Source: Gemmatimonadota bacterium (GTDB taxonomy: Bacteria > JAAXHH01). Taken from it: a DNA stretch of 64,000 bases. The DNA is taken from contig JAPOYX010000198.1 in the NCBI GenBank assembly GCA_026706345.1, forward strand, positions 47,828 through 111,827, given 5' to 3'. Positions 31,535 through 40,300 of this stretch are shown here, piece after piece. The notes beneath the pieces were generated by a model that was not told the origin of the DNA, made no database searches, and saw only the letters and a program-made list of their open reading frames with translations. A program made the position numbers and the translations under genes. Numbering within the stretch: the first letter of the stretch is position 1; every line of letters begins with the position of its first letter.

Positions 31535-31576
31535 ATGACCGGACGATTGGAGGTGATCGTCCGGTCATTTATGTAT
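31535..31576 (+). terminator. Strong rho-independent terminator.
   Basis: A perfect 13-bp stem ATGACCGGACGAT/ATCGTCCGGTCAT with an 8-nt loop (TGGAGGTG) is followed by TTTATGTAT. Confidence 0.7.
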
Positions 31577-31587
31577 AGGGCGGTTCG

Positions 31588-32364
31588 ATGGCCATAGCGT
31601 ACTTCGATTGCTTCTCCGGTATCAGCGGCGACATGATCCTGGGCGCGCTGGTGGACGCCGGCCTGGACTTCGATACCCTGAACAGTGAACTGAAGAAAAT
31701 GCCCCTCGAAGGCTACCGCCTCAGCCGGTCGACGGTGACCCGCCAACATATCGCGGGAACCAAGGTCGATGTCGCCGTTCGGACTTCGAGCGGCCGGGAA
31801 ATCATCGAAGGACCCGGCGAGGACGGACCTTATCACGACCACGGGGAAGCGAGGCACCTGAGCGACTTGACTTCCGTCATCGAAGACAGCACACTCGATG
31901 CCCCGGTCAAACACCAGGCCGCTCGGGTGTTCGATCAACTGGCGACAGCGGAAAGCGAGGTACACGGCATTTCGAAGCAGGAGGTGCACCTGCACGAAGT
32001 CAGCGGGGTGGACGCCATCGTCGACGTCGTGGGCGCCTGCATAGGCCTGGCCCTGCTCGACATACGACAGGTGTACGCCTCGGCACTGCCGTTGGGACGG
32101 GGGTTTATCCATTGCGCCCACGGCCTGATGCCGGTCCCCGCCCCGGGTGCGCTGGAACTGATGCGGGACATGCCGGTTTACCACACCGGGATCGAGGGCG
32201 AACTGGTTACACCGACCGGTGCCGCGTTTCTGAAAGCCACGGCCGACGGGCACGGTATCATGCCGAGGATGGTGTTGAGGAGGATCGGTTACGGCGCCGG
32301 CACCAAGGATTTCCCGGAGCATCCGAACCTGCTCCGGGTATGTATTGGCGACCCCCTGGATTAG
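31588..32364 (+). CDS. LarC-family (DUF111) protein, N-terminal domain only. It corresponds to the nickel-pincer cofactor LarC1 part.
   Basis: MAIAYFDCFSGISGDMILGALVDAGLDFDTL is the hallmark LarC N-terminus. The ORF ends after 258 aa (full LarC is about 400-420 aa). No LarC2-like ORF follows. Confidence 0.75.
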   Translation: MAIAYFDCFSGISGDMILGALVDAGLDFDTLNSELKKMPLEGYRLSRSTVTRQHIAGTKVDVAVRTSSGREIIEGPGEDGPYHDHGEARHLSDLTSVIEDSTLDAPVKHQAARVFDQLATAESEVHGISKQEVHLHEVSGVDAIVDVVGACIGLALLDIRQVYASALPLGRGFIHCAHGLMPVPAPGALELMRDMPVYHTGIEGELVTPTGAAFLKATADGHGIMPRMVLRRIGYGAGTKDFPEHPNLLRVCIGDPLD

Positions 32365-32425
32365 ACCGGATCAGGTCGGGCGGACCGGGTAAGATGTCCG
32401 CCTCCGCTATGCGAATACCGTCATC

Positions 32426-33079
32426 ATGCTGCTCCAGCTCGCCCTGGACATTCCCCACGCCGCAGCGGTTCGCCGCCTGCTGGACGAGACCGCCTTCGGG
32501 GTGGATATCATCGAGCTCGGCACACCCCTGCTGATCCGTTACGGGACCGGCATCATCTCCGAGATCAGACGGGATTATCCCGAAACGAAGATCCTGGCGG
32601 ATCTCAAAATCGTTGATGCCGGCGCCCTGGAATCGGGCCTTGCCTTCGACGCGGGAGCGGATATCGTAACCGTGCTCGGGACGGCGCACCAGACTACACT
32701 CTGTGAAGCAGCCGAGCAGGCGAAGCAGTCCGGAGGCCGGATCATGGCCGACCTGATCACCGCACGCGAAGCGGATGAGGCCGTCCGCCTGGCCCATGCG
32801 CTGGACCGGGCCGGCATGGACTTCATCTGTCTTCACACGGCTTTTGACATACGGGGACAGGAGGATTCGGCGCCGATACCGGAACGAATCGACCGGGTGG
32901 GCGCAGTAGTTCACCGGGCGGGGCTGGCCGTCGCGGGTGGATTGAATCCCCGGATGATCGAGCGCCTGGTTCCCCACGATCCGGATATCGTGGTCGTGGG
33001 GCGTTACGTTACCGGAAACGTCGATCCCGGCGGGGCGGTCCGCCGGATCAGGGAGATCATGCATCGAACCGATGGATAA
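32426..33079 (+). CDS. hxlA: 3-hexulose-6-phosphate synthase. A KGPDC-type decarboxylase of the same family cannot be excluded.
   Basis: 217-aa OMPDC-fold family with LALDIPH...DIIELGTPLL...DLKIVDAG. Its adjacency and overlap with a SIS-domain PHI gene supports HPS. Confidence 0.7.
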   Translation: MLLQLALDIPHAAAVRRLLDETAFGVDIIELGTPLLIRYGTGIISEIRRDYPETKILADLKIVDAGALESGLAFDAGADIVTVLGTAHQTTLCEAAEQAKQSGGRIMADLITAREADEAVRLAHALDRAGMDFICLHTAFDIRGQEDSAPIPERIDRVGAVVHRAGLAVAGGLNPRMIERLVPHDPDIVVVGRYVTGNVDPGGAVRRIREIMHRTDG

Positions 33080-33662
33080 CGAGACAGCCTCTTCCCCGTT
33101 TGACGAAATCCGGCGGACTATCCTCGACGAGATGCGGCGGACGCTGAACCGGGTCTCATCCGAAGAAGTCGAAGCGCTCGTGCGGGAAGTCACGGAGGCC
33201 GGACGGGTCTTCGTCGCCGGCGCGGGACGTTCCGGGCTCGTCATGAAGGCCTTCGCCATGCGGCTCACGCAACTCGGCTTTCAGGTCCATGTGGTGGGTG
33301 AAACAACCACACCGGCGGTCAAATCGGGAGATCTGCTGCTGATCGGATCGGGATCGGGCGTAACGGAACGCCTCGTCCACTATGCCGGAAAAGCCGTCGA
33401 GGCCGACGCGCGGGTCGCGGTAGCGACCGCCGACCCGGGATCGCCCGCCGCCCGGCTGGCCGACCTGGTCGTCGTCATACCCGCGCCCACGCCGAAATCG
33501 TCGAAAGAGACCGGCGGCCAGGGACTTCGGTCGCACCAGCCGATGGCCACGCTCTTCGAACAGTGCCTCGGCGTGATGCTCGATGCCGGCGTCAAGCTGC
33601 TCATGGCGCAACTCGATGAAACCGAGCGCGGCATGTTTGCCCGCCACGCCAATCTTGAATAA
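33072..33662 (+). CDS. hxlB: 6-phospho-3-hexuloisomerase (SIS domain).
   Basis: SIS motif VFVAGAGRSGLVMKAFAMRLTQLG...LLLIGSGSGVTE, 196 aa. It overlaps the HPS stop by 8 bp, which indicates translational coupling. Confidence 0.75.
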   Translation: MDNETASSPFDEIRRTILDEMRRTLNRVSSEEVEALVREVTEAGRVFVAGAGRSGLVMKAFAMRLTQLGFQVHVVGETTTPAVKSGDLLLIGSGSGVTERLVHYAGKAVEADARVAVATADPGSPAARLADLVVVIPAPTPKSSKETGGQGLRSHQPMATLFEQCLGVMLDAGVKLLMAQLDETERGMFARHANLE

Positions 33663-33699
33663 GCACCGGCAGTTCCGGTGTACTCCGCGGGCCGCGGTG

Positions 33700-35319
33700 C
33701 TACGCCCTCGACAGGCGCCTGAGCACTTCCCGGTTCAGGACTGCCCGCAGAAATCCGCGCCAGTGGCCGTCGCGGTCTCTATCCGCCGACCGGTACGGAT
33801 CGGTACCCATGTACAATGCGCCGCCGTCTTTGTGCGGCTTCAACAACACCGCGGGCGAACCGTCGCCCCACCGTCCGATGAAGCGCACGTCTTCGTCTGT
33901 TTCCGCCGGGCGGACCCGCCACTGGTGCGCGTCGAGCGCGGCCCCCTCGGGCAGATCGGGCCAGCCGGCGGTCAGCAGGATCCGATCCTGATCATTGAGG
34001 ACGGACTCCCGCCGTATGCCGAACACGCGTTCCCGCGCGGCGCCGTGGCGCATCCCCTCGTCCAGGCTGAAGTCGTCGGCCGAACCCACGATCCATCCAC
34101 CTGCCCGCATGTACCGAATCAACCGATCGACGACCGCGTCTTTGACCGTTGGACAGGGCGTACAGAAAAGCAAATCGCACCCGGAGAGTCTGTCTCCTTC
34201 TGAAATCTGGTGATCGGACGCGAATCCCACCTCCAGTCCCGTACTTTCTTCGAGGATGCCATGGGGCGTCAGCACGTCCAGCCCGGGCTCGCGGCTCGCG
34301 AAGGAATCGTACGAAAACAGGCATCTGTACTCCGGGGCCGGCGCATTCGCGCGTTCCGTCTCCGTCACCGATCGACTCAGTGCGGCAATCGTCGCCCATT
34401 GCTCCGGGTTCGATTCCGACAGGGGCCTGCCTCGTATGGCGCGGTCCTCCCACCACTCGGTATCGTCCCAGGCATGCCAGCCAACGGCCGAAACGCCCGG
34501 CGCGCAAGCCGCGCGTGTCCATTCCCGCAGTTCCCGAAGCGTGGCCTGATACCTGCTCCGCGCCACCTGCGATCCCACGACCATCCAGACGTCGCTGTCC
34601 GTCAACGTCCCGGACATGCGCACCGCCCAGCGGATCAGGCGATCCGTATCCGATGCGGACCGAAACGGCGGGGATCCCGGATCGATGATGACGAAGTCCA
34701 GCGCGCGGGCCGTATGCTGAAAATGGACCAGCGTATCGGCGGGAAGGAGAGCGTCAAGATGGAAACCCACCGTCGTTTTCAGGTTCGACCTCACCTTCTT
34801 CACGGCCCTGACCACCTCCGCCGTGAACGAGGCATACTGTTCCATCTGCCAGATCCTGCGTCCATGCCGATATCCGTCTTCGGTCAGTTCCATGGTCGAC
34901 AGACGGCCTTCGACGGACTCCATCACCGGTTGCCAGCGGTCTTCGGGATACTCGCTGCCCCCCGTCGGCGCGTCCTCCAGCTGCAGCGCGTACAATCCCT
35001 TGCAGGACCCGAATACTTCTGTCACGCGCTGTACATAGTCCAGGCGCCACGCCCGCGTGTCGGGCAACAGGTACAAGGCCTTCGGATTGCCGATGTGCAG
35101 GATCGACCGGATTCCCGCGTCTTCCGCGGCGGCGATCATTTCTTTCAGGCGGTTCGTCTGGTCTTCCGAAGTCAGTTGGTTTCTCAGATCGAATCCGGCT
35201 CTCAAGACAACGTATTGAAAGCCGTTGGCCTTGAGCTCGGCAAAGTCGTCGCGCCATCGGTCCGCGCGGGCAAACTCGTTATAGTACGTAAAGGCCTGCA
35301 GTCTTGATTTGGCGAACAT
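33700..35319 (-). CDS. Glycoside-hydrolase-like protein, possibly GH42-like beta-galactosidase architecture.
   Basis: 539 aa with no signal peptide. It has an N-terminal TIM-barrel-like region (NGFQYVVLRAGFD...) and a central GGWIVGSADDF segment resembling the GH42 trimerisation / GATase1-like domain. The call comes from resemblance only. Confidence 0.4.
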   Translation of the reverse strand: MFAKSRLQAFTYYNEFARADRWRDDFAELKANGFQYVVLRAGFDLRNQLTSEDQTNRLKEMIAAAEDAGIRSILHIGNPKALYLLPDTRAWRLDYVQRVTEVFGSCKGLYALQLEDAPTGGSEYPEDRWQPVMESVEGRLSTMELTEDGYRHGRRIWQMEQYASFTAEVVRAVKKVRSNLKTTVGFHLDALLPADTLVHFQHTARALDFVIIDPGSPPFRSASDTDRLIRWAVRMSGTLTDSDVWMVVGSQVARSRYQATLRELREWTRAACAPGVSAVGWHAWDDTEWWEDRAIRGRPLSESNPEQWATIAALSRSVTETERANAPAPEYRCLFSYDSFASREPGLDVLTPHGILEESTGLEVGFASDHQISEGDRLSGCDLLFCTPCPTVKDAVVDRLIRYMRAGGWIVGSADDFSLDEGMRHGAARERVFGIRRESVLNDQDRILLTAGWPDLPEGAALDAHQWRVRPAETDEDVRFIGRWGDGSPAVLLKPHKDGGALYMGTDPYRSADRDRDGHWRGFLRAVLNREVLRRLSRA

Positions 35320-35401
35320 GTCTCCCTATCCGGTATGAGTCTGCGAATGTAACCGCGCCGTTATAGTGAATGCATTAAGAATAGGCACCGTCCGTTAAAA
35401 A

Positions 35402-37291
35402 TCAAAACGCCTGTCCCAGCCCGAAATAGAAGAAAGTCCGGTCGTACTTTCTCGAATTGGGCAGGTCGATCTTGCTTTGATTGTGAAAGCCCACGTCACC
35501 CCGTATCAGACCGATCGGCGAATTCACCCGTACTCCCGCCCCGTAACCCAGCAGGAGATCCCCGAATCCGAAAGAACCCACCGTCTTCCCCACCCCGCCC
35601 CAGTCCGCGAATACGGCCAGGTCAAACCGGGATAGGGGTACCTGGATTTCATGCTGCGCGCTGATGGCGATCAGTCCGCCGTCGGGCTGGCCGATCCGGT
35701 TTATGCCGAACCCCCGCACCGATCGGTCGCCGCCGATGAACAGTCTGCTGTCGAGGGGTACGCGGTTTTCATTAAGCGCCTTCACGTAGGCGAACGAGAC
35801 AGAAGTTGAAAAATCCGGCGCGTTGGGAATGGACAGGTATTTACGGGCTGTGGCCCTCAGCGTAAGTATCGAGTTCCGGTTGAGCGTGGAACTGCCGAGC
35901 AGGGGGCTGGCCACGCTGCTCTGGAATTGACCGAAGAATCCCGTCTTCGGGTTCAGGATATCATTCCGCGTGTCGTACGTCACAAGCCCGGTCAGACTGC
36001 CTTCGCGCCTGGACCGGAGGCTGTCGGCTTCCGAACCGCTTCGCAGGAGGTCGGCCAGTTCGTCGCTAAACGACGACACCTCGATGTTCTTCAGCGTATA
36101 GGTCAGTTGACTGCGGTAGGTGCGAGAGAGTTCGCGGTTGACCGCCACGGACACGCCCGCTTCCTGCTCGGTATGGCTGATGCGGTCCTCGCGCCGGAAG
36201 AACGCGCGCAGGATGCCCGTCGTCCTGGTCCGGAACAACCACGGCTGCGTGACCCCCGACTCGACGTGCTGGAAGAGCGAACTGATCTGACCGTTGGCGC
36301 CAATGGTGATCCCCCGGCCCAGCCAGTTTCGGTAGGCGACACTGAAGCTGCCCCTGAAGCGTTCGGCCGTGGCGAACCCGGCGCCGAAGCTCACCTCTCC
36401 CCCGGGCAGTTCGGTGACCTCCACCACCAGGTCCCGTACCGTAGTGGAGGTGTCGCTCCTCAGGGGAGACAGGCGCACGCTGCGGAACAGGCCCGTCTGG
36501 AAGAGCCGGGTCTGGCTCAACGATATCTTCGCGTTGTCGTAGAGTTCTCCCGGTTGGATCTCCAGTTCGCGGATCACCACGTTTTTGTGGGTCTTCCGCA
36601 GACCTCGGACCTGTATCGCGCCCACGCTGACAGGATGCCCTTCGAAAACCCGGAAGTTGACGGTAACGGAATGGTCCTCCGCGTGCAGCATGATGTTCGA
36701 GTCCACCGCCACGTCCAGCAGCGCACGGCGATCGGCGAGACGCTGGATGTAGCGTTTGTCCGTCGCGGCGGACAGCCGGTAGAAAACCTGGCCTTCCCGC
36801 GTAATCAGGTTCTGCCGGATCTCGTCTTCGGACAGGTATCCGAAGCCGTTCAGATTGACCGCGCGCACGGTGTACCGCGGACCTTCGTCGATGACGATCC
36901 TGAGCGCGACCCGATCCGCGTCAATCTCGTCGCGAACGGACCGGACCCTGGCATCCAGAAATCCGCTGTTCCTGTAGAAACTCTCTATCGCCGCCAGGTC
37001 GGTCCGCCAGATGGCGTTGTTCACTCGACTGCGTTGCCAGAATCTGGGTCGAAGAAAACTGTCCGTTCTGGTTTCGATCAGACCGAGGATACGGTCCTCG
37101 GCGATGGCCGCGTTGCCTTCGACGACGATGCGCTCGACGATGTCGGACTGCTGGGCGTCAGCGGGGGAAGCGTACAGGATCGCCAGGAGAAACAGCGTCC
37201 GGACCGCACCGGGATACCGCGTCCGGGATGAACCGATACGACCCGATTCGGCAACGGTTGGCTTCGAGGGAAGCCTCATTCCCTTTACCAT
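35402..37291 (-). CDS. Omp85-family outer-membrane protein, TamA-like (POTRA domains plus a Bac_surface_Ag beta-barrel).
   Basis: Signal peptide (LFLLAILYASPADAQ). POTRA-like repeats are followed by a C-terminal barrel ending ...FFYFGLGQAF with a terminal aromatic residue. At 629 aa it is closer to TamA than to BamA. Confidence 0.75.
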   Translation of the reverse strand: MVKGMRLPSKPTVAESGRIGSSRTRYPGAVRTLFLLAILYASPADAQQSDIVERIVVEGNAAIAEDRILGLIETRTDSFLRPRFWQRSRVNNAIWRTDLAAIESFYRNSGFLDARVRSVRDEIDADRVALRIVIDEGPRYTVRAVNLNGFGYLSEDEIRQNLITREGQVFYRLSAATDKRYIQRLADRRALLDVAVDSNIMLHAEDHSVTVNFRVFEGHPVSVGAIQVRGLRKTHKNVVIRELEIQPGELYDNAKISLSQTRLFQTGLFRSVRLSPLRSDTSTTVRDLVVEVTELPGGEVSFGAGFATAERFRGSFSVAYRNWLGRGITIGANGQISSLFQHVESGVTQPWLFRTRTTGILRAFFRREDRISHTEQEAGVSVAVNRELSRTYRSQLTYTLKNIEVSSFSDELADLLRSGSEADSLRSRREGSLTGLVTYDTRNDILNPKTGFFGQFQSSVASPLLGSSTLNRNSILTLRATARKYLSIPNAPDFSTSVSFAYVKALNENRVPLDSRLFIGGDRSVRGFGINRIGQPDGGLIAISAQHEIQVPLSRFDLAVFADWGGVGKTVGSFGFGDLLLGYGAGVRVNSPIGLIRGDVGFHNQSKIDLPNSRKYDRTFFYFGLGQAF

Positions 37292-37345
37292 GTGAATTGC
37301 CTGACCGTTTGGTCCCCTGTCGTCCTTACATGCAAAGGCGCAGGC

Positions 37346-40300
37346 TTACCGAAACCGGAATTTGACCTGGAGGTCGATTCCATTCTGGGGAAGTTCGCCC
37401 GATTGATCGGAAAACGTCTCGATATACAGGAAGTCGGTCAGTTGGTAACCGACCCGCAGCGAGTATTCCGAAGATTGGAACAATCGGGTAAAACTGACCC
37501 GGGCGCGCCGGTTGATCCGCTTGCTGAGGGTAAGTTGAACCGGCGATCCGGCCTGAACGGCGCTGTTCATCGAGAAAGGATCGCCCTCGACCTGGACTTC
37601 GTCGAGATTCAACAAGGCCTCCGCGAGTGCTTCGCCGGTAATTAAAAAGGCCCTGTTTCTCATACCGGCGTATTCATCGGGCGTGCCCAGGCTGGTGAGT
37701 CCGGCCGTGCCGAAAGTCAGCAGGGAGACGACCTCGGGCCCGTAGATTACCTCGGGGCCGGCAAGCGACCGGGAACCCGAAGCCAGAATCTCCGTAGCGT
37801 TGTCGTCGCGCGGCGCGGCGCGCAACTGGGGCGTCACCGTCGACACCGGTCCGGACGCGAGCAGTTCCACTTCGTAATAGGTATCGTGAATGTCGCGCAC
37901 GCGGGGCGCCCAGGCCTGAATGTTCAGGACCGGATCGAGCTGCGCTACCGGGTACTCGATCAACGCGGTGAAGCTCTCCAACGGTACGCGCCTGGTCAGG
38001 TCGATCCGTCCGGTTTCCAGTTCGAAGGTGGCGCCCAGGTACCTGATCACGCCGTCTTCCTCGGCAACGGCGTTTCCGGTCACCAGGGGATTCTGCACCG
38101 TATTGCCGAGGGCCACTCCGCCCTCGACGGTCAGTTGGGCGATATTGTTCTCGACGGCCAGGTCGGTCACGTCCACGGCTACGTCCAGCGCGATGCTTTC
38201 CAGGAACGGGTCCGGCGTGTCCTGCGGACGTATGATCGCGTTGTCGAGGAGCAATTCGCCTATATCCAGCGGATGCGTAACCACGCCAGTCACGACGATC
38301 GGATCGGCTACATTGTAGATCCGTGAACGATCCCGGTTGCCGGTCCAGGCAAGCGATCCGTCGATAATGAGCATGGCCGAACCGAGCCGTTCCACTTCAG
38401 CCTGGCTGAAATCGGCATAGGCTTCGATTTCGGCGAAGGACAGGTTGTCCGTCAAGAGGTCGCCGGAAACCCGGACCGTGCCGTCCCCGGCGCGGAACGC
38501 TACGGGCTTTAGCCCGAAGGCGCCTCCATCGACGTCGACCTGGAGCACGTCTGCCCGGAACGTCGGTTCGAACTCACGGAACCGCAACGCCGCGTCCCGA
38601 ACGGTGACCTGACCGACCGACCGGGGTGAAGCGGGTGTTCCTCCGATGGACAGGCGGATGTCGGCCTTCCCCTCGATGCGTTCGAGATCGTACACGACGC
38701 CACTCAGGAAAGACAGGTCGATGTCGTCTCCTTCGACGGTCAGGGCGATATCCTCCACACCGGTCGCATCGCCGGTCCTTTCATTACGGGCCGGGTCATA
38801 GGGTATGGTGCCGTGGGCGGTTATGGTATCGCCGCCTTTGCGAATCCTCAGGTCCCGGATGGCGATTTCCCCGCCACCATACACTAAGTGGGCGGCGAGG
38901 CTGTCCAGGGAGGCCTGATTGTATCTCGGTTGATCCATGGAAACGCGGGCGTCTATGACCCGGGCGGAGGGCGGACCGGTGACTTCGATCCGGGTATTCA
39001 CGTTACCGCCCAGGGGAAGGTCGAGATTCGCCAGTGCCATTACGGCGTCCATCCTGATCTGTTCACCCAGGATGGTGAAGTCGGACGCGCCCGCACCCGT
39101 TCCGCCATTGACGTACGCCAGGCGGCCGCGCATCGTAAGCCGGCCCCGCTCGTCATCGGGTTGGTTGATGCGGCGAATCGTGGCGGACACGGAATCCATA
39201 TGGATGTGGGCCCCGTCGAAATGCAGCCTTACGGGGTTCGTGTTCACCAACTCGTTCTGGAGTCCGAACAGTTTCAGCGAATCCAGCGCCATGACCCCGT
39301 TGACGTCGCCGCGGTCCCGGACCGACCCGTTCACGTCGATCCTGCCCCGGATGTACCCGTCCAGGTCGGCAGGCACGATCTCGAAGAACTCACGCAGGGG
39401 CGCTACGGCCAGGTTGTCCACGACCAGGGACGCCGTGTATCTTTCGCCGGACGGAAGCGACTCCGGCTGGACTTCCGGCGCCCACCGCAGATCGACCGGA
39501 TAGGCAAGATCGATATCCGATCGTCCCAAAGGGCTTTGCACGGATAGCACGGGAACCCGCAGCAATCGGTCTTCGTAAAGCGCCGAGGCGGTCACCGTGC
39601 CAAGCAGGTTGGTTCTGTTTCCTATCGCATAACGCACGTCCGAAACGGTCAGCAGGCCATTGATGCTAGGATCGCCCGGGGTTCCTCCCAGGGATATCAC
39701 CCCGTCCATGGCGCCGCTGAACGTGCCTTCTGATACCAGGAAAGGAGAGAGGAACTCCAGTTGCACGTCTTCCAGGACGGTTTCGAGGTCGACCCGCCCA
39801 TCGGCGGCGAGACTTGCCGTACCGTTGACCGTGATCCGGCCGAAATCACCCGTCAGCCTGAATTCGTCCACGGTAATGACCTGGTTCTCGAGTTTCACGG
39901 TGGAGGGGGCTACGGAATGCAGTATCCGGTCGTTCATCAGTACATCAAGTGAATCAAGGGAGACCGTTATGGCGGACCGGTCGGGATACCCGGCCAGTCC
40001 CACGGCGTGTATATTCCCGCTGAACGTGCCGGTGCCGCCTTCGATCGGTCTCTTGGAAAGTATGGAGAGGAGAGGTGACAGCGAAGTCTGCACCAGATCG
40101 ACCTGCAGATCGTAAGTGTTCTGTCCGGTCAGCTCGATGGATCCCTCCGCCGAAACGGTGGGGCCGGGGTTTCGCGTCATAGTGAAATCCAGGCGGTCTT
40201 CGCTGATCTTCATTTCCAGATCGGTGTCGCCCAGATTTTCGTTTTGAATCGCCAGGTTTCGGACGGTACCCTTCCCCTTGACGGAGGGTTGTTGAACGGT

